Origin: Eledone cirrhosa
Lineage: Eukaryota
Length of the DNA: 64,000 nt
Direction of reading: 5' to 3'
Assembly: GCA_964016885.1 (NCBI GenBank)
Contig: OZ024745.1
Location: 51,336,001 to 51,400,000 of the forward strand
Part shown: positions 31,837 through 47,320 of the stretch, one piece after another
Layout of the letters: each line of letters begins with the position of its first letter
Numbering within the stretch: the first letter of the stretch is position 1
Translations under genes and position numbers: made by a program
Notes under the pieces: generated by a model
Seen by the model: only the letters and a program-made list of their open reading frames with translations
Told to the model about the DNA's origin: nothing
Database searches by the model: none

Positions 31837-34800
31837 TATATAACTCGAATTAGAAGCTTTCACCGTATCAGGGCATATATGACCCCAGAGCGGAACATAA
31901 ACATGGCATATCCGGGAATATAACTTCACAGGAGACTAAGAATGTGTGTAAATTTATCTACATTATCGTTTCAATATTTACGTCCCATTGCATACGATAA
32001 ATTTCATGGAAAATACTGGTATAGAATTCCTTCTTTTCTGCCAACTTTACAGAGACAACAATTGTTGTAAATCCTGAAGGGAGGTCTCATACATAGTTCC
32101 TGAAATAAATGAAGGCCAAGTAGCGTGTTGTGTGATTTTGAGCAGACATTATTCGTCGAAACTGTGTCGGAAAAGGCCAATGTTATTTATTGATACTTCT
32201 AATTTCTGATAATCCCTAAAGATTTGCAGGAGGTAGAGTTCTCTGAATCTTACCTGGGCGATGGTTGATCTCGAAAATGTATCAGGTATTGTTTTATATA
32301 TAAAAAACAACTACTCTTAAGGACAAATAAACATTTGAAAGCCTAAAGCTATTAATTTCGGAAGCTGATGGCGGGGCACCATCTAGGGAGTTCCAGCAGA
32401 AGCAATAACAAATTACCGACGTCCATTTCTGACTGATGGTCTTTAACAAGGTAATGTTCCCCTTTACCTGACTTTCTGGAACTGAATGTAGGCGAAAACA
32501 TATAGTTTTGACGCCTATGTACATGGGCTGATTAGTCTCATTTGCATATGGGGTGGTAGGCTAGCTCGAATAAGAAATTGACTTCTGGTAGAAGGGCATT
32601 TGTAGTTGTGACGGAAAATCAATGAAAATGTGCCTCATTCTAAACGCTAAAGTAATTTTTACCAATCACCATGTAATATAAATACGTAAAATATAATCTA
32701 AATGTATTAATATCTTTCAAAAAATGTTATAATAGAATGGCAAATCTGTGAGCGTATTTTATTATTATCCCGGTTCCTGATATGGTAATGCATGTAGTGC
32801 ATGGCTAACCGACGCAAAGAACAAACATAACACAAATATCAGTTATTAATAATGACTATAATATGGTCACTAAACCTAGTAGAAATAGCAGCCAATTGTA
32901 AATCGTTAGGTACCGTTAACAACGTCTACATAAACAACTAAATACCTGTACGCATATGTTGACGTAGACGGTGGACCTTAGCTGGCGTATTACCTTTCTG
33001 AAATCTAGATAAAACTTAAACTTAACTTACACTCATGCATATTCATAGAGATATACTTCTTTTTCGAAAAGTCACACACTCAAACACGCAGTTATTACGT
33101 TTCTTTGTAATCTGTAAGCAATATATAGCATGTCCTGTATATCTAGGTAGACGATAACTGGCTAAAAGACGATATCCTTACGGCTGGAATATAATTCATT
33201 ATAGGTTTGCACGAGGAGGGCTGACCTGGTTATAGTGATCAAGAAAAATAACACTAATCAACAACAATAGCAAAAACACGAATAGCATATATGATCCTAG
33301 ACTAATGATGTGAATATGATATCAGATTTCTCCAGAAATATGTTATATCAATTTCTATGAATTTAAATTTATCGTGATATCCGTATGTCAAGCGAAAATA
33401 TTTCTTTGTAGTCGTTCGACTATCAATACTCTTGCATCAAACATTTTTAGAAAGACGAATGTGCTGAGTTAGTTAATAAAGAAGATGAATACTCAAGATT
33501 AATGTTCAACGATATAATATTATGAGTGTATGTTGTGGTATCAAGAATATGACGGATCGTTTTCGTATTGGCATTTCATCTACTTATATTTTTTAAATCT
33601 TCCAGTCGAAGTCCATTTTGAATCAAAAAACCTTTGAAGTTGTAACATGCTTCATGTCATTGATCATCGAAGATATATACATATGCCTCACTATAATAAA
33701 TATAATTATGGCCATGGATATAAAGAATGATCAAATGTTTTGTTTGCTCATATAATTTCACGTATATTTTTGTTATCAGTATCGCCACGATGATCAATAG
33801 AAACAAGCAAACCAATGGCAGTAACACTTCTTAAAACAGAGTTTCACACTATACACATTTATACTGTCACCTATAAGCACACACACACACAAAGGTAAAC
33901 TTAAACAGAGATAAACACATACTTACGCACACTCAAACATACTCACATAAACATTGACATTGGATGTAAAGTATCATGAGAGATGTAGAAGATTGTGGAT
34001 GACTGATTTGATATTTCCCGACTATTGAAGCATGGCGATAATTATAACTGGTGTGTTCTAAATATGAGTTTCGGTTTAGGATTGATGCATGTTATGGTTT
34101 GTTTAATGAATTATTTTAATGACGTTTTCATCCATTCTATAAACATAGTGCATTTGTTCTCTTGTATGAAATGTGTAGTTTGGTATTCTTTCCTGGTGTT
34201 GCGTCTTTTGCATCAGTGTGATTACATTTGTTGTATGGCAAGCTCTACCAATCGGTTGGTGTATACCTGGATGAGAATTTAAAACATCGAATAATGAGGG
34301 ATTCGACTCTAGATATTTCGTATCGCTATGTGCACTCATTGTATATGTTGATGTAAAGCCTTTTGTGTGTGTTTAATCCAAACAGAAGTCTAATATTTGT
34401 TGTTTATAATTTTTACATTTATGTCGGAAAATGGGGTGGCATTTTGTAGTGAATTTGCTTTTGTGGTATGGCTGTGAAAGTACTTAGGTTCCGTAAGATG
34501 ATATCACGGTACACCGGCAAACAGCTGAACGATGAAGTGTGGAGAAACTATGTGCGTTGAGATGGACAGATCCCGGAAGTGGTGGGGTGGACTGAATGTT
34601 GGGTAACATTCAGTACTGACGGGTTCACAGTCCCGGCACTGGTTGCCACGCGAACACAGGTGGGTATGTATTACATTCAATTACACCTGTACCAGAAAGC
34701 AATAGACATAGAGTGTATGTGTGGGGGGATGTGGTGGTGTGTATATACCTACGTGTATATGCATGCCTATGATGCAATCATATGTATTTGTTTGCATCTT

Positions 34801-34899
34801 GTATACATGGAAATCTACATCTGCATCACATTATCGATGGGTCCGATGGGGAGGGGGGTGTTATGCATGTGTAAATAGGAGTTTGAGGAGCATGTGTTT

Positions 34900-35510
34900 G
34901 CAGAGGTATATACGTATGTTGTGTTGTATATACGGGTGCTGTAAATGCAAGAGTGAATCGTTATTGTTGGGTAGCTGGTGTCGTGTGTGTATATGCGCGT
35001 GTGTTTGTTTATGAGAGCAATGATGGTTGTGATGCGGTCAGTTTCATGGTGTGAGGATAACGAGGCTGAATGAAGGGACAAGTTCTGTGCTGGGACTGTG
35101 TCGCAAAGTCATGGTCCTGTCTGCGGAGCCAACAAAGACATAGGAATTGCGACTAGGGTATGAAGAGTTTGGTGTGGATGAAGTGAAGTACGGGGAAGGG
35201 GTGGGAATCAGTGGATTTGTAAAAGGTGGAGGTAGAGAGGAGGTTGTTGTGAGCAGTGTGGTTGACAAAAAATGAAAAGAAGTTGGTCGGAAGAATCGGA
35301 GACGGTGGTAATGAAGGTGATGGCAGGATGAAAAGACATGAGCGAGTCTTGCTGTTCACAGGAAAGAGAATTGGTGGTGATACAATCTTCGACTTAAGAG
35401 CCGTATAGATCAGATGTAGGTCCTGTGTACTGGGAGAATAACTGGGCCTGATAGCAGACAACGAAAACGTTGGGGGTAATTCTGACCCATATATCTTCCT
35501 ATGATCCATA
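34900..35510 (-). mobile_element. Possible highly degenerate Neptune-like PLE remnant
   Basis: Weak GIY-YIG-like peptide (YVFVGSADRTMTLRH) followed by CA-rich sequence like that at 47800-49000. Confidence 0.25.
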
Positions 35511-35968
35511 ACTCCTGGTGGACTATAGAACTCCTATTGACGCCGTTATAACGTATAACGTTTTCTGAGCAGTGTTAATCTGCTGGAACCCATCCCATCT
35601 CCATGTCTCATAGCCAGTTTCTTCTAAGACGTAGTCAGAGCGTGAAACAGAAGAATGGAGAAGGAGATATAGAGGATGATTACATTGATGTCATCTGATT
35701 AACTGCCTTCCTTTAGAAGGAAATGACATCTGTTTAATGTTTCTTGGGACCTAAGCATTATATATACAAGACAGTTTGACTACACAAAAGTACAGTCTTC
35801 TTTGCTCTGCCACGGACGAACTCTAGTGTTGGCAAATAAACAGACAGACAGTTTATATGCCAAAACCAGAGCAAGAATGATGGGGTCATTCTACTCACAT
35901 GGCTTAAAGAAGCTGTTTGCATAATTGAAAACGAATCGAATATTATTATTAATATTCGAAAAACTCAG

Positions 35969-36054
<86 letters not shown>

Positions 36055-36056
<2 letters not shown>

Positions 36057-36452
36057 CGAGATGTCCACACCATGCAGATCTCTCAAATCCCTTGGCAGCG
36101 TGTTGAAGAGTTGAGGATCTTTGAACCCCAGGCTATTGCAATTTCTGCTTCTTATTCTAGATGTAAAAGTCCGGACATTTGGTACCACACAGTGACGTCC
36201 TGTTCGGGGGTTGGTCCAGCTCTCAATGCCAATGTTTGGTGCTAGTCTCTCCAGGATTTTCCATATGTACATCACTGAGTATCTCTCCCGTTTTCGTTTC
36301 AAGGAGTAGAGTTTCAGTTCTTTTAGCCTCTCTCGGTAGCTCATCTCATTCATCGTGGCAATCCTCTTGCTGGAGATTCGTTGGATTGCCTCAAGCTCCG
36401 TGGTTAGTTTGATAGTATGGGCTGACCACAGTTGGGAGCAATAGTCCAGGCG
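36055..36452 (-). mobile_element. CR1-like LINE 3' ORF2 fragment
   Basis: LDYCSQLWS, SYRERLKELKLYSLKRKRERY..IWKIL, PQLFNTLP. Confidence 0.75.
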
Positions 36453-36639
36453 ATATATATATATGCGCGCGGGTGTGTGTTTGTGCTTGTCTGTTCGTGT
36501 GTATGTCTGTGTGTTTCTATGTATAGATGCATGTTTGTATGTGAGCGTGGCAAAGAGAGAAAATGAGAGATAGATAGAGATAGAGAGAGGGGAGGGAGAG
36601 AGAAAGAGGCAGAAGTTTAAACGAAGTTATACTATATAA

Positions 36640-36826
36640 TTGTTTCTACTTTCGGCACACGGCCAGCAATTACCCAGTACATTACTGGTGCTTAATTGTA
36701 TCGACCCCGTAAGGATGAAAGGCAAAGTTAACCTCGGCGGGATTTGAACTCAGATCGTAAAGGGACGTAACTATGCTGTAAAGCAGCATGGCGTCCGACT
36801 CTCTACCGATACTGCCAATCCACCGT
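36640..36826 (-). mobile_element. tRNA-derived SINE (Octopus-type, Nin/Deu-like core)
   Basis: A box TGGCAGTATCGG, B box GAGTTCAAATCC, core GCCTTTCATCCTTACGGGGTCGAT. Confidence 0.8.
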
Positions 36827-39154
36827 TATATTATATAATGAGAAGGAATGAAGGAATAACAATCGAATTTGACCGCCATGTCAGTTTTCAGAAGAAACAT
36901 AAATTATGAATTGAAAAGTTTGTGAGAATATTCTTACTGTTGCTTATGAATTTTACATTTTACTGTTGAATCTATAGACAATCTGACAATTCTCAAATTG
37001 TATCGCGAGATTAAAACAGTAATGTTGACTCTTTGTATAGCTGATGTCGTGTGGGTTGTACAGGCTCATGAACTATATTTATTGGAATAAGCCTAATTGT
37101 CAATTATAACTTAGTTAACTTTCATCTCAGAAAGTAGCTGCAAAACCTCAATATTTAACCAGTACATGTTTTCATGATTTAAACATCTATAGAAATGCTC
37201 ACAAGCCTACCCTGCTTCACCATTTTCATCATCAATCACCGAAAGTTAATTTTACATGAATTAATATAGATTGAAAAAGCAACTTCAAACAATACAGTTA
37301 GTTCAGAAGAAACACATAAATTATATACATAATTGATTTTATTTGTTTTTTGTAGCTATTTTGATTGTGATAATTACATATACACGAGTGCGCATGCGTC
37401 ATTTTAGAGGAACTATAATTGTCACGTCAGGCCTCACATTTATGAATTAGTGTTGTTTCTTATAACATAATGTTTAAAAGCTCACATCAATTGCGAGAAA
37501 TAGTTACTATATCTCATTAAATGGGCATTTCACTGTATTACAAACAGAAGTACACATTAAATACATTGTTCTAGTTGTAATATATACACACACGTTGTAA
37601 TATATAGTAGAAATCTAGTTGTAATATATAGTAGAAATAGATGACTTAATCACAACTGGAACGCTTTTCATCGAAACAATTTTGCTCGTTCTAGTGTGGG
37701 AAAAGGCTAAACATAAACGCTAACCAAATCAAAAGTAGTTAAGAAGCGTCTATCCATTTACTCAACTTGCTTGAAAATCTTGCTCTACCACGTCTAGGTC
37801 AACATCTACAAATCGAATGGATTTATATGAGCAAAGTTATGCGTGATAAGACGTAATGTTCAGCAAAGGAATATACCTTTATGTTATATTAGCTCGATCA
37901 AAACTGACACAAGCTTAACAATATCGGCTACTACAAAACGAATCTGGCCCATTTCAACGATGACTGATCTCCAATTTGCGTACCACTACTGGAAAAATCC
38001 AAAACAACAACAACAAAAACTACAAAACTGAATTTTGTATTAGAAATAACATGATATAAATTCAAATGTTATAATGACCACTGCATGTTTCTAACCAAAT
38101 TTTAACTTTGGTGGATTTTACATATTCTGTAACTGGAATCTGTAAATCGATGCGTTGCGAGGCATTACTTGTTAATGTATTCAGAGATTTGATAGTTGGA
38201 AACGGCAAGGTCTGCTTCCTCGGGGCCTGTAGCTACCACCAATGTATCTAAAGTAAATTGATACATTTTCTCTGCAGTAGTTATTAAACTAAGGCTAATG
38301 TTTCTGTGCAACACACGTAAAACTTAGTCAAACTTAATATTTATGACATTTGCACTCATTTCGAGAGCTTGCATCATTATCTCTAAATTTATGCTATGTT
38401 CGATTATACTACATCTCTGATAGAATATTATATTACAGTTCCACGGAGAAGTGAAATACTAACATCATCAAACATTTTATACGATATCTGCTGCAGCAGT
38501 AATCAGATGTGTCGTATTTACAGAAATAATGTGGCATTGAATATTTAATCATAATTTATATGAAACACAACATAGTTTTCTTGAACAGTGTTAAAGTTAT
38601 TTAACAAATGAATAGAAATAAGGGGCGCAAACGATGAATACATATAATAATTGTATATACGTACACATATACAGATACGCGCATATTCCAAAGCATATGT
38701 GAACACCCACACTCACATGCATATATATATATATTTAATATAGAAATGGCTTCTACAGGACTAAAACTGTTTCATTCGAAGGAAATCATCTGAAAAACCG
38801 ACTGTCAATGTGTTATGGTGGTATTTATGCATTTTCCGGAGGTAAGGGAAGGTGGTCATTGGCATGGATGGAGGTCATTGACCGATGGATTTAAGGAATG
38901 GGGATTCTTTGAAAAAAATATACTTAGAGAAAAATACATAGTGATACAGAATGATACAAATGCAGGCACCCCTAATTTTCAAGGTTCATTTATTCTAAGC
39001 CAAAAAAAAAAGGGTTTTCATTAAGTCACTGTATTAACATGGTGTGTTAAAGTTTGTATACATTTGTTTTCATCCATATATGTTTATATTGAGAGGGAAG
39101 GAGCCATATATCGGTTTATTGTGTATATATACCAAATAAATATTCTATAGAAGA

Positions 39155-39545
39155 ATGTGTATATATGTGTATATATGTATATACTTATGTATGTGCACGT
39201 GTGTGTATGTGTATATATGTATATACGTATGTGTGTGCACGTGTGTGTATGTGTATATATGTATATACGTATGTATGTGCACGTGTGTGTATGTGTATAT
39301 ATGTATATACGTATGTATGTGCACGTGTGTGTATGTGTATATATGTATATACGCATGTATGTGCACGTGTGTGTATGTGTATATATGTATATACGTATGT
39401 ATGTGCACGTGTGTGTATGTGTATATATGTATATACGTATGTATGTGCACGTGTGTGTATGTGTATATATGTATATACGTATGTATGTGCACGTGTGTGT
39501 ATGCGTATATATGTATATACGTATGTATGTGCACCTGTGTGTATG
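39155..39545. repeat. 42-bp minisatellite, ~9 copies
   Basis: Unit GTGCACGTGTGTGTATGTGTATATATGTATATACGTATGTAT at 42-bp spacing from 39193 to 39529. Confidence 0.92.
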
Positions 39546-39700
39546 TATATATATATATATATATGCAGAGGTTATATTTAATTTGTTGGGATACAACAAG
39601 CTTAAACATATTTTTATAACTGATATAAAGCACTCAACAAATTATTGGAGTAAATATACAATATATTAACAAATGGAAACTATATTTATAAAACCATATT

Positions 39701-39766
39701 TATTTTATTATACATATTTCAAGGGCCACCAAGTCAAATTATGATGCGCTTTCATCAGATAAAATA
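39701..39766 (-). ncRNA. Type I hammerhead ribozyme, intact core
   Basis: tattttat-CTGATGA-aag(c)gc...gc(c)ctt-GAAA-tatgta-TA-ataaaata (8-bp stem I). Confidence 0.72.
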
Positions 39767-39906
39767 CAATACAGATTAGTTTTATAAATAAATATTGACA
39801 TACCCCGAAAAAAGACAACCTTAAAGGTTGGAGCTATCCAGGAAGCCATTAAGGTTGTCTTTTTTCAGGGTATGTCAATATTTATTTATAATACTAATCT
39901 GTATTG

Positions 39907-39972
39907 TATTTTTTCTGATGAAAGCGCACCATAATTTGCCTTTGTGGCCCTTGAAATGTGTATAATAAAATA
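39907..39972 (+). ncRNA. Type I hammerhead ribozyme (second arm)
   Basis: tatttttt-CTGATGA-aag(c)gc...gc(c)ctt-GAAA-tgtgta-TA-ataaaata. Confidence 0.68.
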
Positions 39973-40010
39973 AATATGTTTTTATAAATATAGTTTCCAT
40001 TTGTTAATAT

Positions 40011-40173
<163 letters not shown>

Positions 40174-40289
40174 TGTGTGATTGTTAACACCTGACCATTT
40201 TGCAGACTTTAACACAGCTTGTTAATACAGCCACTTTACGAAAACCCTTTGTTTGCTTAGAATAAATGAACCTTGAAAATTAGAAGTAA

Positions 40290-41850
40290 CTACATTTGAA
40301 CAATTCTCTATTGAAATGGATCTAAAATGATGTTATGATAAATAAATTTCTCTAAACGAATACCGAGAATGGAAAATATAAAGTCTAATTCTAATTTTTT
40401 TTCCACTTTACTAAACAAAATCATCTACTCATAACCAAATTCGCCCTCTAATTTACCAAATTGGATCATATATAAACAATCTGTCCGAGTTATGCGAACT
40501 CTGATGTCAACAATAGTACAGCACATTCTCCCAACTTTTCAGTAACAATATAGTGCCTAATCGAAATGAATTAGTATTTAAAGATATTATGTCAGATGAT
40601 ACACTTGCAGTTATTAATGACCTGAGTCCAAACTCAACTCCAGAAACAAATGGTCTCTAAGCCATTCTGTTAAAAGCCTGTGAAACCAGCTTCGCTAAAC
40701 CAATAATGAAACTATTCCAAAAGTTATTAAAAACTGACATAATCCTAGAACTACTGAAAGACGCAACATTAACACAAAGGAGGTGCAGAGCTGAAGATAG
40801 AAATTATAAACCGGTTTCTTTCATATCGCACTCACCTAAAATTGAATAACGTATTATCCGAAAATGAATAAATAACTAGCTTGGGGACAAACAACCTCTT
40901 AGATGATACATGGCCTGGTTCCATACAGGGCGACGTTTTCTGTTACAACTGTTACCTCACCTTAACACTATCCTCAATATTTGAATGCATATATCTAGAT
41001 GATGTTGAAGCGTTTGACAAGCTTGATCATGGAATCATCTGACACAGTTTAAGGGATATTGGTATCATAGGAAAATTCGGAGGATATCTCTTTCACCTCG
41101 TCTCTGATTTGTTGCTGAAAACGGTTATCACTCTAGCAAGTCACCTGTAATCTGTGATATACGTCAAATGTATTTCCACAAGTAAACTCTCCCAACTTAA
41201 CTAGTTAGGCCGATGCCACACAAATATAGGCAGCTATCCAAACTCCAGAAGCCGTCATATTCCCAAATGAACTAGAACTGATTCATAGATGTGCAGATGA
41301 CATAATATATAATTTAATGCATCGGAATATCAGATTCGACATTACAGAGGGGTTATTCAGAATACACATTATTTGACCTCACATAACACGTGGATTCAGA
41401 GCGCTTCTGAGAAATGAGACTTTGGAATAATCATATCAAACGGTGTAGCAGACAAATCACCAAACTAAATGCAGACATAGATCCATAACAAGCGAACCAA
41501 CTATTTTGCTGACTCTATAGAAAACCTGGTTCTGAGCAGATTATTTTAATGCTCACAACTTTGGTATTCAAACAGACCCGTTTTCATTTAAGAAATTTAT
41601 GACTTACAGAAAACAATCAATAATAGAATAATTTCGGTAAAAACACTCAAGCACTTCTAATATCTGAAAGCTCTGCGTCTCTACACTCTTGAACGTCGAG
41701 GAGAGAAATATTCTGTTAATTATTTATGGAGGATCCTGGAGCGTCATGTTCCAAACATCAGCATTAAAAAGAAATTTAATATAAAAAATGATAGATACAA
41801 CCAACTTCCAAATATAATACCTTCGAAATCGCAAGTAAAATATTTTGTGA
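40290..41850 (+). mobile_element. Ancient CR1-like LINE RT remnant
   Basis: Residual NYKPVS, AFDKLDHG and LRLYTLERRGEKY..LWRILE motifs across frames; many stops. Confidence 0.6.
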
Positions 41851-41930
41851 GTGTGCAGATGAAACTCCAGAACAAAAAGAAAATCATCAATTAGTCTTAA
41901 AGAATACTACATATGCCTGTGTCTGTGAGT

Positions 41931-42040
<110 letters not shown>

Positions 42041-43539
42041 CATTGTTCGTACGTTTATGTATATTTTAGTGTAGTAATATATAGAGTCTTCTATTTTAGC
42101 ATGTTTTATAAAGAGTACAAGAATTCCTTCATTTATATTATGTAACATTTTGTGATAGATTTAAAAGCATTTCTTATTCAAACTTTATTTATCATATTTT
42201 TCTCAGAATTCATTTTAAAATATGATAGTCTTGTTAAGACTAAATTTTTATAACTTCCAAGTTGCAGCGGAGTAGTTACAGGGGTTTTCTAGAATATGAA
42301 ATATTATCGTTTCATAGAAATTCTGTGAGAGACGTAAATTCATGTCTATTTATAGTTTATTTAGTTTCTCTACAGTCAGAGACACTATATTACATGCTGT
42401 AAATTATAGCTTGCCACAGAGAACGAACATTCAAATATACATTAAGAAACATCTTTCTAGATTGTCGGCATCCTGCGTCTATGCGTATGACGTATTAACT
42501 TTATAAGATATAGCATGATAGAATTTAGCTTAAACTTCCATTTCCCTTTTTTGGTTTCTGCAATCGTGTATTCACTATATATCAGTCACATAAGTTGCCC
42601 AAACCTTTGATAATGTTACCAGAAAATAAAAGGATTGGATGATATATGTTACATATAAACTGCATCTACAAACCTCAAACGATTTCATATTGTTTATTGT
42701 TGTTATTATTAGTATTATTGCTGCTGCTGTTGTTGTCGTTGTTGTTGTTTGTCTCTGAACGATAAGCCACGGCTGTTTGTGTACAAAGTAAGTTTTGTTT
42801 GTGTACATCCATTTATATTGTTTTTTTTTTGTTTAAACAATTTGTTATAAATGGAACATAAGGCCTCATTCTTTGACCCGAGGAAGTGACTTCACAGAAT
42901 ATTTGGACCTTGGGCCCAAATATATGAATTTAAATTTGAAATTGTGCAATAATTTTGTTTTGTAAAAATAAATTGAGGATACGTCAAGATCCTTCAACTG
43001 CCCAGGCGGGAAAATTCTCGATAAAAAGTATGATGGACATGTATTAGATGCTGGTGGCGGTGATAAAAGCATATAAGCCTTTTGCTCGACATTTCAGGTA
43101 TAGATTACTCTCAGACAAATTCTGGGAGAGAGACGCTAGGCTGCTTGTTAATCATCATTTGTCCACCTCTAAAGCTGGACTAACCAGTCCTCGAGCAACT
43201 TAAGCAGCTCCTCTGCCCCAAAGACGCTGCCTTCTACTACAGCGACCTTCTACTACAGGCTGCTAGTCGTTGGCTCCCCGATTTGTACTGGATACCTTTT
43301 GCTCCGATCAATCCATCGTACTTCCTTAGGACAATGTCTGATGGGCTGATGACTTTAGAGATTGTTGGCTTGCCGGATGGTTAGCTAGTTAACAGTTGAC
43401 AATCTGTTGCATTGTTTTTTATTTGTTGTTGGTGTGGTGGCTTTGTTGGTGGTATCTATTCTCGTCATATTAATAGTAGTATTGACAGTGGTGATGGTAG
43501 TGTTGTCTGAATTATTTTACTTTCAACTCTCACCCATGT

Positions 43540-43863
43540 CTTCGGTGTTGTCGATTTGAGGTTTGTTTGCTATGGGAATGTGGTTAAAATGTTTCAGGAA
43601 AGAGTTGCTGAACCTATTTTACGGGGAATAAAAGCAACAGACATGAGACCCAGGTGTAAAGCCCGACCACGAGGTAGATGTTTCAATAATATCCATGAGC
43701 TAGGCCCTGTCTCGCATGGAGATCCAGACTGGTCAATTGGAGAGGGGTGCTTTGATAGGACCCTTGAATGGAGTGTTTGAGGACTTTGTCCCCACGACCG
43801 GTTCAAGAAGAAGAAGAAGAAGAAGAAGAAGAAGAAGAAGAAGAAGAAGAAAAAGAAGAAGAA
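43540..43863 (+). mobile_element. RTE (Rex3/Expander-like) 3' remnant with (GAA)n tail
   Basis: KARPRGR-like peptide; CCCACGACC then (GAA)n, the same 3' end as the 54523 element. Confidence 0.5.
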
Positions 43864-46800
43864 GGTTTTGTTCTTTATTTATGTGGTTTGGAAATTGTCA
43901 GCTTATGTTTAATATCTTTCATTTAAATGATTATCCGTGTACTATATCCAGAAATCTTGAACTTTCTATTATAATAAATATTATTTTATATAATTGTTCT
44001 TAAGAGGAATAGTATGTCTACTCTAAACAATGTTCAATGTGTTCTTGATCTCACCTCTATCGATATATTTAACACTAGAGAGCGGCTTGTGTCGATTTAA
44101 TCGAGTATAACATTTAATTAAATATTCTTTCGTGTCGCATTATAGGAAATCGTTACAATGCACTGGTGATTGCTATCATAATTAAACGAGTTTATTTTCA
44201 TATTAAATCGCAGTTTAGTTTCCACCATGCTGACGTGTGATGTATTTTTCCATAATGGCCAGGGATGTTCCCAATGCTGGTAGTAAAGTTATGCCATCTA
44301 CATTGAGCTTATATATAGACATTCCCTGTTCTGATCATACAATCATGCTGTCATAACGTACAAATATCATTTTCGGAAACGAGAAATGCACATTAACTAC
44401 ATTATTTCATATATTACAGTTGCATGTTCCTTGTTTGATTGCATATACTTTTCTCAATTTCTTCTACCTACTGTAACAAGTATCGTAATAAGTAAATACA
44501 ACTTGTAAATAAAATATCTAATGTATTTATGCTACTTTTATCATGGACTCATCACTTGTGACACTATTTGATAAAACCTACATTCTTTTCAAGCAGACTG
44601 GAATTATTGTGCATTTGAAGCTATTTTAATCGGGTCGAGAACATAATTTAAAGAAGTTCTAGTGGAAATGTCACATATTGTTAAATGTGAATCTTTATAT
44701 GGCATGTAATTAATTACTATGGAACGCTTTAATGTTCTTCCGTTTCTTTCTGGGATATTTTCCTGTAGATCTTATAGATCTTTTGGTTAGAGTATCTACG
44801 CGGTACACTTCAAATAGAGAAGTAGAAGAATTAAATTACCTCATAGTGAGTTAATACTATTAGTAATGTTTCATGTTCAGTCGTGCAAGAAATATTATCA
44901 ACACAAAAGTTAAATAAGGAGTCATTAATACTTACTAGAGTTTTCAAAATATACATAGCTTGATTATATATACACAGCGTTGTCTGTGGTACATCAAAGA
45001 GTTTGGATATCACCATCACAATTTGCTGCTCTTGAAATATCACAAACATCGTAAATCATATAAACATGATATTACTGTCTCAGAATTAGTGTAATCTCAA
45101 TATTTGCTTCAAAGTTTTAAGTGAAATATATTTAATTAATCATTATATGAACAATAAATATATATTAAATGAATTGTGTTTCCATCATGCTGTTGCTAAC
45201 TGCTCTTTAAATATGTAAAGATTTATTTGAAAAGAAAAATGAAATCGATCAAAGAAATGAGAAAATTCATTTCAACTATATTCAATATTTTAAATAAACT
45301 CTTAGGATAAAGAAGTTTATATGAATACGAAATACTTTTAAAATCGAAACCTGCACGTAAGTAACCGACATCTCATTTTATTTGAAGTTACTTAATGCAC
45401 ACATGTTATCTACATCCGCACAATGTAGATTTTTACACTTCTTGTCAATCAGCAAAGACCATTGTTTTAGTCAGATATTTACATATTTATTTGCATACTC
45501 TCAGATGTACTATTGTGTGAAGTTTCGAATTTTATTATTCACACATCTACATATTAAACAATAGAATGACATATAATTCCATTTATATCTGCAGTTTCTG
45601 GTGGAAAAGATGATATTACTTGTTAAAATACACGCCAAGAAAACTCTGAATCATTATCGTTTGAATATAAATTTCAATAATCTTATTCCAACGCTTTTGT
45701 CATAATAGTTGAATAAATGATCTCCTATTATGCATAAATAATTCATGCTCATAATTATCTTACTAGCTGTCATAACAGTAGCCCTTGATATTTGTGCAAC
45801 ATTACTACTACCAAATTTTGGATAACTTACAGGATAATTCTGGAGCTAGAACGGCTTGTATTTGTATAGTATCATCAATGACTAATGCAAATTATAATGA
45901 TTTATTATAAAGTCTGTATATCCTACGCAAAAGTAAAATATTTCTTTATACTTGTCAGAGTTTCCTAGGCAACCGCTGGCTAGTTTCCATGAAAAGTCAA
46001 ATGCAAAGAATTTTGAAGCAATTTTTAAAAAGCTTCTACCGAAAGCAAATCGTCAATATTCTATATTGATTTCTGTCACCACTATAAGGTTCTCTAACCA
46101 TTTTGACGTAACTAACACAATGATGGTTAAGTGCATTTTTAATTATTCAAATTTATACGATTGATTTGCTATCTCTCAAAATTAATGCCATTCTTAAAAA
46201 TCTAAATTGCAGTAGCAGAGATAAATTACATGTTGAAGAATGTGACACAGATCTTTTGATATGAAAACCTTTAACCCCGCCTTTCGCATCCTCTGTCTCT
46301 TTCGTTCACTGCAAAGTTGAAATTTGTTTCAAATTACTATTTGACAGCCAAAGGCATGTAATGTTTCTTTGCGGTATACTTATCGATATGCCTGCAAGTT
46401 AAAAAGATGTGCACACATTTTCAAACATTAAATGAATTAAATAAAACTCCACTTTTAACGATTAAACGTCACTTATTATCGATGATGTTATAATGGTTAA
46501 CGAACATTTTCCATAGTAAATATATTCCTTGTATACTTTATATTTCTAGAAATCAAGAAATGAATAAACCAATAAAATAAAATGTCGGTGACGTTTACCA
46601 ATTATTTCAACAGATCAGAGCATATATTGTTAAATATCATTAAAGAACGCATATAATTAACGCATCAAAACACTCATATATCAAATATATCTGACTCCAG
46701 AAATCTCAAGAATGCTATAAACCACTATAATAGCTGTATGGCCGGAATGAAAACCAGTCTAACGAGGAGTATGAAATAAAATTCACTTCTGTGCGATCTA

Positions 46801-46953
46801 AGACCCGTCTTCAAATTCGTTAATCATAAATGAAATGTTTTCTTAAATACGTACAAAACGTAAGTTGACACTCACCTACAATCAATATATAATGAACTTT
46901 TATAATACGAACGACGAAAAATAAGCACTAGTGGGCACAATAATATTTAATAA

Positions 46954-47320
46954 TTGTTTCTACTTTTGGCACAAGGCCAGCAAATTACCCAGTACATTAC
47001 TGGTACTTTATTTTATCGACCCCCGTAAGGATGAAAGGCAAAGTTAACCTCGGCGGGATTTGAACTCAGAATGGCAAGGGCCGTAACTCTATGCGTCAAA
47101 GCATGGCATCCGACCCTCTACCGATACTGCCAACCCACCGCCCTTATATTTAATAATGGTTTCTTATTTAGGCACAAGGCCAGCAATTTTGGGTGAGGAG
47201 GAAAGTCCATTAAGTCGACCCCAGTGCGTAACTGGTACTTTATTTTATCGACCCCGTAAGGATGAAAGGCAAAGTTAACCTTGGCGGGATTTGAACTCAG
47301 ATCATAAAGGGCCGTACATT
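46954..47320 (-). mobile_element. Two adjacent tRNA-derived SINE copies
   Basis: 46954-47144 (A and B boxes) and 47157-47320 (5' truncated); both match 36640-36826. Confidence 0.8.

Noticed and set aside
36730-36826. tRNA gene
   Set aside because: Pol III A and B boxes belong to a multi-copy SINE head; no cloverleaf seen.
38759-38792. Minus-strand hammerhead-like CAGATGA-tttc..gaat-GAAAC..GTC
   Set aside because: Core mutated and stems I and III poor; too weak to call.
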